The notes under the pieces were generated by a model that made no database searches, was not told where the DNA came from, and worked only from the letters and a program-made list of their open reading frames with translations. A stretch of 62,659 nt of DNA, the filler included, from Candidatus Woesearchaeota archaeon (GTDB lineage Archaea; Nanobdellota; Nanobdellia; Woesearchaeales; J072), in NCBI GenBank assembly GCA_003695265.1. It is 7 parts of 7 records of this genome, joined end to end, with 100 filler letters (N's around TTAATTAATTAA, not from the genome) between each part and the next. Parts side by side here need not be neighbours in the genome. Positions count along the whole stretch, not along the records: positions 46,894 to 59,839 come from RFII01000044.1; positions 59,940 to 62,659 come from RFII01000045.1; 5 more parts are not named here. One strand, given 5' to 3'. Position numbers and translations under genes: made by a program. Below, piece by piece: positions 54,811-62,659 of the stretch (positions within the stretch are counted from its first letter, which is position 1; every line of letters starts with the position of its first letter).

Positions 54811-56031
54811 ATGGGAAATGACGCAACAGATGAGAAGATTGAGCTCGCAAAGAATCATTTTGGCAGGCTGCTTAAGGAGCAGCTTGAAAGAGTGAAAAAG
54901 ATGAAAACTCAACAAGAATGGATTAATTATGAAGATGTCAACCCTATCAGGATAGGCGTTATCGGCGGAGACGGCATAGGACCTTACATTTGTGAGCACG
55001 CAAAAAACATCCTCCTGTTCCTGCTGAGAGAAGAAGCAGAAAAGAAAAAAGTAGAATTCGTTGACATCAATGGCCTTACAATTGAGAACCGCGCCAAGCA
55101 AAACAAAGCAATACCTGATGATGTCCTAAAAGAAATTAAGAAGTGCCACGTAATCCTGAAAGGACCGACAACCACTCCAAAAGAGGGCGACCCTTGGCCC
55201 AACATAGAAAGCGCAAATGTTGCGATAAGGCGCGAATTAGATCTTTTTGCAAACGTTAGGCCAGTGAGGATTCCTGAGAAGAACATTGACTGGGTTTTCT
55301 TTAGGGAGAACACAGAAGGAGCATATATTCTTGGAAGCAAGGGAATAGATGTTGATGAGGATTTAAGCGTGGATTTCAAGGTTATCACAGAGCAAGGCGC
55401 TGAAAGGATTATAAGGATGGCTTTCGAATACGCAAAAAAGAACAAGAGGAAAAGAGTTACTGTGGTGACTAAAGCAAATGTTATAAAATCAACTGACGGC
55501 AGGTTCTTGAGGGTTGCAGCAAAAATTGCTGAAGAATACCCCAGCATTAATTGGGACAGCTGGTTCATTGACATAATGGCTGCCAAGCTTTTAGATGCTG
55601 AGCGGGCAAGCCAGTTCGAAGTAATCGTCCTCCCAAACCTGTATGGTGATATTTGCACGGATGAGGCTGCTCAAATACAAGGTGGCGTAGGAACAGCAGG
55701 AAGCGCGAATATTGGGAAGTGTTTTGCGGTGTTCGAGCCGATTCATGGAAGCGCGCCGCGCATGGTGGAAGAAGGCAGGGCAGAATACGCTGATCCGAGC
55801 AGCGCAATCAAGGCTGCTGCCATGCTTCTTGAGCATATAGGTTATAATGAGCATTCTGAAAAGCTGAGCATGGCTTTAGACATCTGCGCTGAGTATGAGC
55901 AAAAAGTAAGAGTGACAGGCCGCAGCAGCGGCGCAACTGGAAAGGAATACGCAGCATACATAATGGAAACCCTTAAAAGACCGGACCTCAAAGAGATATG
56001 GGAAGGCTATCAAAAGACAAGGAACAGATAA
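54811..56031 (+). CDS. Isocitrate/isopropylmalate dehydrogenase family (S-x-N type; isocitrate or homoisocitrate likely)
   Basis: GDGIGP, KGPTTTP, SANVAIR, RENTEG.Y, TKAN, NLYGD, EPIHGSAP. Confidence 0.88.
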   Translation: MGNDATDEKIELAKNHFGRLLKEQLERVKKMKTQQEWINYEDVNPIRIGVIGGDGIGPYICEHAKNILLFLLREEAEKKKVEFVDINGLTIENRAKQNKAIPDDVLKEIKKCHVILKGPTTTPKEGDPWPNIESANVAIRRELDLFANVRPVRIPEKNIDWVFFRENTEGAYILGSKGIDVDEDLSVDFKVITEQGAERIIRMAFEYAKKNKRKRVTVVTKANVIKSTDGRFLRVAAKIAEEYPSINWDSWFIDIMAAKLLDAERASQFEVIVLPNLYGDICTDEAAQIQGGVGTAGSANIGKCFAVFEPIHGSAPRMVEEGRAEYADPSSAIKAAAMLLEHIGYNEHSEKLSMALDICAEYEQKVRVTGRSSGATGKEYAAYIMETLKRPDLKEIWEGYQKTRNR

Positions 56032-56114
56032 TTTTGTGCTTCATAAAAAACTTGCAGGTTTCTTTTAAGATACTGCTCATTTTAAATATGTGAACTTAAT
56101 AATGGTTTGTAAAA

Positions 56115-56267
56115 ATGGGAAAATGCACTTGCAACGGCGGAGCTTGCAGAGGAACCTGTTTAATGGTTGATGCTGGCGAACAGGGTTATAACCCACGCAT
56201 TTATAGCGCGAGCCATACAATAACTTATGAGGCTTATTCTCAGAGTGTTTATTCAGCTTATAAATAG
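56115..56267 (+). CDS. Small Cys/Tyr-rich protein, 50 aa (MGKCTCNGGACRGTCLMVDAGEQGYNPRIYSASHTITYEAYSQSVYSAYK)
   Basis: Not in ORF track; TTTAAATA box about 27 nt upstream, consistent with a leaderless transcript. Confidence 0.5.
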   Translation: MGKCTCNGGACRGTCLMVDAGEQGYNPRIYSASHTITYEAYSQSVYSAYK

Positions 56268-56361
56268 TTTTTTGCATCTTCTTTTTGCATAAAATATTTA
56301 AATAGAGCACTAATCCAACAGTTATTATCATGTTTTCAGCAAGTGTTAAGGAGGTATTATA

Positions 56362-56892
56362 ATGGCAGAATTAAAATTAGTCATAAGTGATCCGAAAACA
56401 GGGAAAAGCTACCAGAAGGTTGTGAAGGACGCTGATGCAAAACCTTTCTTTGGGAAAAAAATAGGGCAGTCAATAAAAGGTGAATTAATAAACATGACAG
56501 GGTATGAGTTTGAAATAACAGGAGGTAGCGATTACTGCGGAATGCCCATGAGAAGGGACATAGAAGGAGCTGTTAGAAGAAAAATACTGTCTACTGCAAC
56601 TATTGGCTTAAAAACAAAGGACAAGTGGATGCGCAAAAGGAAAAGGGTTGCTGGAAACACTTTCCACCCAAAATCAGCGCAGGTTAATCTTAAAATAATA
56701 AAGTATGGCAAGGCACCTCTGGAGGAGAAGAAGGAGGAGTCTTCTGCAGAATCAGCTTCAGCAGAAAAGAAGGAAGAGCCAAAAGAAGATAAGAAAGGAT
56801 CTGCTCCACAAGAGGAGAAAAACCCTGCCGGAGAAGCGCCGCAGGCCAAAGAAGAAAAGAAAGAAGATAAGCCAAAAGAAGAGGCTAAGTAA
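56362..56892 (+). CDS. rps6e: 30S ribosomal protein eS6 (S6e) with charged low-complexity C-terminal tail
   Basis: KLVISDPKTG, ITGGSD.CG.PMR.D, RKRKRV.GN, QVNLK. Confidence 0.95.
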   Translation: MAELKLVISDPKTGKSYQKVVKDADAKPFFGKKIGQSIKGELINMTGYEFEITGGSDYCGMPMRRDIEGAVRRKILSTATIGLKTKDKWMRKRKRVAGNTFHPKSAQVNLKIIKYGKAPLEEKKEESSAESASAEKKEEPKEDKKGSAPQEEKNPAGEAPQAKEEKKEDKPKEEAK

Positions 56893-56897
56893 ACCAA

Positions 56898-58139
56898 ATG
56901 CCAAAAGCAAAACCAGCTGAGCAGCCAGTAATAAACATTGGATTAGTTGGTCATGTTGATCACGGCAAAACAACCCTTACTGAAAGGCTTTCCGGAAAAT
57001 GGACTGACACTCATTCCGAGGAATTAAAGCGCGGAATAACAATCAGGCTAGGGTATGCTAACGCCACTTTGCGGAAGTGCGAGAAGTGCAATGCTCCCTA
57101 TTGTTACACTTCAAAAGAGGCTTGCCCGAAATGCGGCTCAAAAACAAAGGTTTTGAGATCAGTAAGCTTTGTTGACGCTCCCGGACATGAGTCACTAATG
57201 GCGACGATGCTTTCTGGAGCAACAATAATGGACGGCGCCCTACTCTTAATAGCGGCAAACGAGGAGTGCCCTCAGCCGCAGACAAGAGAGCACCTGATGG
57301 CCCTGCAGATTATTGGCGTGAAAAACGTTGTTGTCGTCCTCAACAAGATTGATCTTGTTCCTGAAGAAGTCATATTCAAAAGGTATGAGCAGGTTAAGGA
57401 ATTTCTTAAAGACACGGAGTTTAAGGACGCTCCTATAATACCTGTTTCTGCGCAGCACAACGTTAACATTGACCTCTTGATTGAGGCAATAGAAAAACAT
57501 ATTCCTACTCCTCAGCGCGACCCAAAAAAAGATCCTTTATTCTTTGTTGCGAGGTCTTTTGACATCAACAAGCCCGGCACAGAAATAAAAGACCTTAAAG
57601 GCGGCGTTCTCGGCGGCTCAGTAAAGCAGGGCGTTTTTAAAATTGGCCAGGAAATAGAAATCAGGCCTGGCGAAATAAGGGAAGAGCATAACAAAAAGGT
57701 GTGGAAGCCGATAAAGACAAAAATAACAGGGCTGATGACAGGAAACACAAAAATTAAGGAAGCAAACCCCGGAGGCTCAATAGCGATGATGACAGAACTG
57801 GATCCCTCAATAGTGAAGTCAGACCAGTTTACCGGCGCAATGGTCGGCTTGCCAGGCAAGCTGCCACCTGTGTGGGATGAGTTCAAGCTCGAACCCCATT
57901 TGCTGGAGAGAATTGTTGGCTTGAAGTCAGAGCAGAACGTCGAGCCGATAAAGGTTGGTGAATTGCTCATGCTCAATGTTAATTCAGCTGCTACTGTTGG
58001 AATAGTAAGTAACATTGAAAAAAACACTTTTACTGCAAAGCTCAAGCTTCCAGTATGCACTGAAAAAAATGCTCGCGTAACAATTTCCAGGCGTGTAGGA
58101 ACAAGGTTCAGACTTATAGGTTATGGAATAATAAAATAA
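56898..58139 (+). CDS. eif2g: Translation initiation factor 2 gamma
   Basis: GHVDHGKTT, RGITIRLGY, CxxC zinc knuckle, DAPGHE, PQPQTREH, NKID. Confidence 0.97.
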   Translation: MPKAKPAEQPVINIGLVGHVDHGKTTLTERLSGKWTDTHSEELKRGITIRLGYANATLRKCEKCNAPYCYTSKEACPKCGSKTKVLRSVSFVDAPGHESLMATMLSGATIMDGALLLIAANEECPQPQTREHLMALQIIGVKNVVVVLNKIDLVPEEVIFKRYEQVKEFLKDTEFKDAPIIPVSAQHNVNIDLLIEAIEKHIPTPQRDPKKDPLFFVARSFDINKPGTEIKDLKGGVLGGSVKQGVFKIGQEIEIRPGEIREEHNKKVWKPIKTKITGLMTGNTKIKEANPGGSIAMMTELDPSIVKSDQFTGAMVGLPGKLPPVWDEFKLEPHLLERIVGLKSEQNVEPIKVGELLMLNVNSAATVGIVSNIEKNTFTAKLKLPVCTEKNARVTISRRVGTRFRLIGYGIIK

Positions 58140-58228
58140 AATTTGACAAATGCAAAACTATTTATATGACCTGCATTCTTTTTTTGCTTAAAATTTGATT
58201 AAAACTTAAATAAGAAGGGGGTGTTTTT

Positions 58229-59839
58229 ATGAATCTTGTTTGGGTTTTTTTGGTAGCAATTCTAGCAATAGCGTACGTGGTTTACACTTTTATGAGGATA
58301 AGCAAGAAGCCGGAAGGCTCTCCTAAAATGGTTGAGATTTCTCAGGCAACCAGGCAGGGAGCAATGGCTTTTTTGAAAAGAGAGTACAGCATATTATCAA
58401 TATTTATAATAATAGTGTTCCTTGTTCTGGGCTTCCTAATCAACTGGGGCACTGCAGTGTCATTTGTTATTGGAGCGTTATGCTCTGGAATAGCTGGCTA
58501 CACTGGAATGCGCATAGCAACAAAAGCTAATGTTCGCACAGCAAACGCAGCCCAGAAATCATTAAACGAAGCTTTGAAAATCGCGTTTTCATCCGGCACG
58601 GTCCTTGGCTTGTGCGTAGTAGGCCTTGGCTTGATTGGAATTCTTATCGTTTACAAGCTCTTCGGTGATCCAACAATAATCTTTGGGTTCAGCTTCGGAG
58701 CCTCAAGCATAGCCTTGTTCGCAAGGGTCGGCGGCGGAATCTACACAAAGGCAGCTGATGTCGGAGCTGACCTTGTCGGGAAAGTAGAGAAAGGCATTCC
58801 TGAAGACGACCCCAGGAATCCTGCGACAATAGCTGACAACGTTGGTGATAATGTTGGCGACGTTGCTGGAATGGGAGCTGACCTTTTTGAGAGCTACGTT
58901 GGCAGCATAATAGCCTCAATGGCAATAGGCGCCGCTTTGTTTGGCGAGAAAGGAGTCTTTTTTCCGTTGCTTCTGGCGTCTGCGGGGATAATTGCCAGCA
59001 TTATAGGCACTTTCTTCGTTAATGCGAAAGATGAGGCTCATATTCATTCTGCCTTGAGGAATGGTTTGCTTGTTGCAAGCGTATTGGTTGCGATAGCTGC
59101 ATTTTTCATAAGCAGGAACGTTTTCGGAGACCTCAGCATATTTTGGGCGACAATTGCCGGTCTAGTCGCAGGCATATTAATAGGCCTCTTGACAGAGTAT
59201 TACACCTCAGCGGATTACAAGCCTGTTAAGGAGATTGCAGAAGCAGCAAAGACAGGATCAGGAACTAATATAATAGAAGGAGTAGGCGTCGGAATGTTCA
59301 GCACCGCACTACCTATCATTGTATTATGCGTTGCAATCTTTGTAGCGTTCAAGGTTGGAGGGCTTTACGGTATTGCAATAGCAGCTGTGGGAATGCTTAG
59401 CACATTAGGCATAAGCCTTGCTGTTGATGCTTACGGCCCTGTGGCTGACAACGCAGGAGGAATAGTTGAGATGAGCGGCTTGGGCGACAAGATTAGGAAG
59501 AGAACGGATGCTCTTGACTCTGCTGGGAACACGACAGCAGCTATTGGGAAAGGTTTTGCTATTGGAAGCGCAGCGCTCACGGCTTTGGCGTTTTTTTCTG
59601 CTTACGCAACATCAACAGGCCTTGACGCGATTTCAGTTATGAAGCCTGAAGTGATAATTGGGCTGCTCTTGGGTGCGGCAATGCCTTTTGTCTTCTCAGC
59701 TTACTCCATGAAAGCCGTTGGCAAAAGCGCTTTTAAAATGGTGAACGAGGTCAGAAGGCAGTTCAAGGAGATTAAAGGGCTTATGGAAGGAAAGTCAAAG
59801 CCGGACTACGAGAAATGCGTTGATATAGCAACAGCAGGA
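58229..59839 (+). CDS. hppA: Membrane pyrophosphatase, K+-dependent, probably Na+-translocating (3' truncated)
   Basis: [43 protein letters not shown] (Ala marks the K+-dependent type). Confidence 0.93.
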
Positions 59840-59939
59840 NNNNNNNNNNNNNNNNNNNNNNNNNNNNNNNNNNNNNNNNNNNNTTAATTAATTAANNNNN
59901 NNNNNNNNNNNNNNNNNNNNNNNNNNNNNNNNNNNNNNN
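59840..59939. other. Artificial contig spacer
   Basis: N44-TTAATTAATTAA-N44. Confidence 0.97.
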
Positions 59940-59986
59940 AAATACCTCAATAAGTTTAAATATTCATACTTTATTCTATTATTCCT

Positions 59987-61237
59987 ATGGCATCGAGAGG
60001 TTTTTTTGAGTCAGTTCATTTCATATCGCATTTGGTTGTGATAAACTTGACTTTAGTCTTGGTTTATTTTCTTAGGTTTAACCAGCCAGTTCCAAGAACT
60101 AGTTTGGGGGTTCTTCTTTTCCTTTTCATTACTTTAATCGTGGTGTCTTTGTTGATTCTCTTTGACGTTTATTCCTTTTTCAAGAGGCTCTCAGACATCA
60201 TTACTTATTATGTTTTCACTTCTGTTATAACCTTGTTCTTATTGTCGTTTATCGGATTTTTTGACTGGACTTTCAGGCTTCCGAGGACGATCACTTTTAT
60301 GATTCCAGCAGCATTGTTTTTCACCTTATCCTTCACATCAATACTTGTCTTCAAGTTCTTTAAGCCGAAATACCGGGTTTTGCTGCTGGGAGAAAAAGTT
60401 CAGCTGGGGGAAAACTATGAGATAATAAAAAAAATCAGCAGCCTCTCAAACCTCAAGAAGGAAATAATCAAAGAAAAGGCTGACGTTGTTGTAATAGCAA
60501 AAAAGGACGTTTCGTATGACGAGCTGATCCGTAACCTGTTTGAATGCCACGACTTAAGCGTGCAGTTCAAAGTTATAAAGGAATTAAGGCCGTACGTTTT
60601 CAGCAGGGACGCTGATTTCGAGCACAACCTGATAAACGTTTACCTTGAGCCTTTAAAAGTGTACGAAAAAGCAATCAAGAGATTTATTGACGTTGTTTTT
60701 TCTGTAATTGCAATTGTTGTTTTTGCAATTCCCATGCTTCTTATTGCTGCGCTAATAAAAATTGACTCAAAGGGTCCTGTAATATACGCGCAGACCCGCA
60801 TCACAAAATATGAGAAGAAATTTAGGCTGTACAAGTTCAGGACAATGATTAAGGACGCTGAGAAAAAGACAGGCGCTGTTATATGGGATAACGAAAACGA
60901 CGCCAGAATAACAACTGTTGGCAGGTTTCTTAGAAAGTTTCACTTGGATGAGCTTCCGCAACTGTTTAATGTTCTGTCAGGAGACCTCTCCCTTGTCGGC
61001 CCAAGGCCTGAAAGGCCTGTTCTCTCTGATGAGTTCAACAAGAACATTTATTACTGGAAGAAAAGACTGTTGGTAAAAGCAGGAATGACAGGGCTTGCGC
61101 AGCTTTACTATTCAACAAGGTATTCTGCAGAAAAGAAAATCAGGTACGACCTTTATTACATTGACCATTACTCAATTATTCTGGACATAAAAATCCTGAT
61201 AAAAACAGTTGTGAAAATAATTTTAAGAGAGTATTGA
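59987..61237 (+). CDS. Polyprenyl-phosphate sugar-1-phosphate transferase (WcaJ/WbaP-like)
   Basis: Four N-terminal TMs; KRFID, KFRTM, LDELPQL.NV..GD.SLVGPRP, GMTGLAQ. Confidence 0.92.
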   Translation: MASRGFFESVHFISHLVVINLTLVLVYFLRFNQPVPRTSLGVLLFLFITLIVVSLLILFDVYSFFKRLSDIITYYVFTSVITLFLLSFIGFFDWTFRLPRTITFMIPAALFFTLSFTSILVFKFFKPKYRVLLLGEKVQLGENYEIIKKISSLSNLKKEIIKEKADVVVIAKKDVSYDELIRNLFECHDLSVQFKVIKELRPYVFSRDADFEHNLINVYLEPLKVYEKAIKRFIDVVFSVIAIVVFAIPMLLIAALIKIDSKGPVIYAQTRITKYEKKFRLYKFRTMIKDAEKKTGAVIWDNENDARITTVGRFLRKFHLDELPQLFNVLSGDLSLVGPRPERPVLSDEFNKNIYYWKKRLLVKAGMTGLAQLYYSTRYSAEKKIRYDLYYIDHYSIILDIKILIKTVVKIILREY

Positions 61238-62026
61238 TCAAATCTCTTTTGCATCGTCTTCTGAATGCACGTTTTTCCATTTCCCTGAGAATATGTAGCC
61301 AATGAGCTTTCCTTCTTTTGCTAGTTGGACAAAAAGATCCTTTTGCAGCGAGTAGTTTATGTCGCTTTTTGGAATATAACCAAACACTGTTGGCTCCGCA
61401 AACCCGATTAATATTGATGTGAGGTGGGTTTTCACATATTTTGGAGATTCAACGTACTCTGTTATCCTGTTGCCTTCTAGTTTGACAATCGAGGATTTCT
61501 TCCATTCGTGCTCAACGCCGGAGTAAACAACTAATGTGACGATGCCTTTGTTCTCGAGGTGGTATTTTTCAATCGCTCTTAAGTCAAGCTCAAAGTAGTG
61601 GTCGCACGGCACAAAAAGAAATGTGTTCCTTAGCTTGCTCCTCAGCAGCGAGAGTGTTTTTGCTGTTCCCAAGTGCTTTGTCTCCTCAACATAGACAATG
61701 CCTGTCTCGCCGATAACCTGGAATATTGCTGCAAGGATTTTCTTAGAGCCGATTATGAAGATTTGCTCAAATCCGCTGTTTCTCAGCTTGGAAATTATGT
61801 CTTCAATGAGTGTTTTGTCTTTTATCCTGATTAGTGGCCTGTAAATTCCTTTTTTTGTGAGAAGGTTTTGTGGCGGCCCGCCAGCCAGGATAACTGCGCT
61901 TTTCTTGTTCATGACAAAGTTCGTTATTATTTTCTCGATCAGCTCAGATCTTGAATTAACAACTTCCCTGTCCAGCCTTTCAAGCACTTCTTTGTCGATT
62001 GATATTGATATTCTTTCCTTTACCAT
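61238..62026 (-). CDS. Ribbon-helix-helix domain fused to a sugar-phosphate nucleotidyltransferase-like domain
   Basis: KERISISIDKEVLERLD...SRSELIE (RHH), then AVILAGG, RPLI, LGTA. Confidence 0.82.
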   Translation of the reverse strand: MVKERISISIDKEVLERLDREVVNSRSELIEKIITNFVMNKKSAVILAGGPPQNLLTKKGIYRPLIRIKDKTLIEDIISKLRNSGFEQIFIIGSKKILAAIFQVIGETGIVYVEETKHLGTAKTLSLLRSKLRNTFLFVPCDHYFELDLRAIEKYHLENKGIVTLVVYSGVEHEWKKSSIVKLEGNRITEYVESPKYVKTHLTSILIGFAEPTVFGYIPKSDINYSLQKDLFVQLAKEGKLIGYIFSGKWKNVHSEDDAKEI

Positions 62027-62027
62027 C

Positions 62028-62055
62028 GTAATACTTAATTATTACAATAGTAATA
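62028..62055. promoter_or_regulatory. Putative operator: GTAATA-N6-TATTAC-N4-GTAATA
   Basis: Three alternating copies of a hexamer between the TATA palindrome (62061-62072) and the RHH gene start. Confidence 0.5.
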
Positions 62056-62091
62056 ACAACTTATTTAAATAAGTTTTGTTTTCCTTCCTTT

Positions 62092-62550
62092 ATGGACAAA
62101 ATCAAGGGAGTGATTATAAAAAAACTGGAAAAATACGATGATTACAGAGGATGGCTTTGCGAGGTTTATAGAAAAGATGAGGACGAAGTAAGGCCTGCCA
62201 TGGGCTATGTTTCTTACACTAAATGTGGTGTTGTGAGAGGCCCTCATGAGCATAAGCGCCAGTCAGATTTTTTTGTTTTTGCCGGTTTTGGCGATTTTGA
62301 ATTGCACATGTGGGACAATAGAAGAGATTCTGAAACATATAAAAACCATATGATGATTGTTGTCGGCGAATCAAACAGGTGCTCTGTTCTAATACCTCCT
62401 GGCGTTGTTCATGGTTACAAGTCAATAAGCAAGAACGGCAGCTTCTCAATAAACCTGCCTGATCAGCTGTACAGGGGCGAAGGGAAAAAAGGAGAGGTTG
62501 ATGAGATAAGGCATGAGAATAACCAGAATTCAGAGTTTAAAATAAAATGA
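62092..62550 (+). CDS. rmlC: dTDP-4-dehydrorhamnose 3,5-epimerase-like cupin
   Basis: [21 protein letters not shown]; upstream of rmlB. Confidence 0.8.
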   Translation: MDKIKGVIIKKLEKYDDYRGWLCEVYRKDEDEVRPAMGYVSYTKCGVVRGPHEHKRQSDFFVFAGFGDFELHMWDNRRDSETYKNHMMIVVGESNRCSVLIPPGVVHGYKSISKNGSFSINLPDQLYRGEGKKGEVDEIRHENNQNSEFKIK

Positions 62551-62659
62551 AGCTCTTAGTAACAGGCGGCTGCGGATTTATTGGAACAAACTTTATTTAT
62601 CACATTCTCAGGAAATACAAAGATTACAAAATCATCAACCTTGATAAGCTCACTTATGC
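62547..62659 (+). CDS. rmlB: dTDP-glucose 4,6-dehydratase, 5' part
   Basis: Not in ORF track; [16 protein letters not shown]...NLDKLTY. Confidence 0.88.
   Translation, partial: MKLLVTGGCGFIGTNFIYHILRKYKDYKIINLDKLTY

Noticed and set aside
56715..56892. Glu/Lys-rich tail on eS6
   Set aside because: Low-complexity tails on archaeal ribosomal proteins are common and no specific signal was seen
8151..59939. TTAATTAATTAA palindrome repeated six times within N runs
   Set aside because: It is a synthetic six-frame-stop contig linker, so no operon or synteny claims were made across it
842..62449. Numerous antisense or alternative-frame ORFs in the track (e.g. 54984-55658, 57512-58060, 26367-26936)
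   Set aside because: They are shadows of well-supported genes, with no motifs or SD support

Overview
Seven contig fragments are joined by six artificial 100-nt spacers (N44-TTAATTAATTAA-N44), so gene adjacency across spacers is not biological. The content points to a DPANN archaeon, most likely Woesearchaeota-like (inference). It includes archaeal translation genes (rps27e, aIF2-alpha, nop10, rpl10e, rps6e, aIF2-gamma), TATA/BRE promoters and BHB-type tRNA introns. Bacterial-type metabolic genes are also present (glk-tkt-rpe-rpiB, hflKC, WcaJ-like transferase, rmlC/B). Housekeeping genes include RtcB/archease, PolB, TrmI, enolase, TpiA, PRPP synthetase, NOG1, MscS and a membrane pyrophosphatase. 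The most notable items are: (1) five tRNA loci, four with T-loop (59/60) introns of 43 to at least 138 nt, some sharing sequence motifs and carrying REP-like hairpins; (2) a PI3/PI4-kinase-like ORF convergent with a metallophosphoesterase; (3) a tandem nucleotidyltransferase-HEPN(RX4H) fusion followed by a CBS/Zn-ribbon gene with an identical promoter core and two paralogous unknowns; (4) a 2,753-aa Cys/Trp-repeat surface protein; (5) a domain-permuted PEP-utilising phosphotransferase; (6) a YD/RHS protein lacking a toxin tip; (7) several small ORFs missed by the ORF track, including a 36-aa Lys-rich peptide. All functional calls are by-eye motif recognition and no database searches were run.
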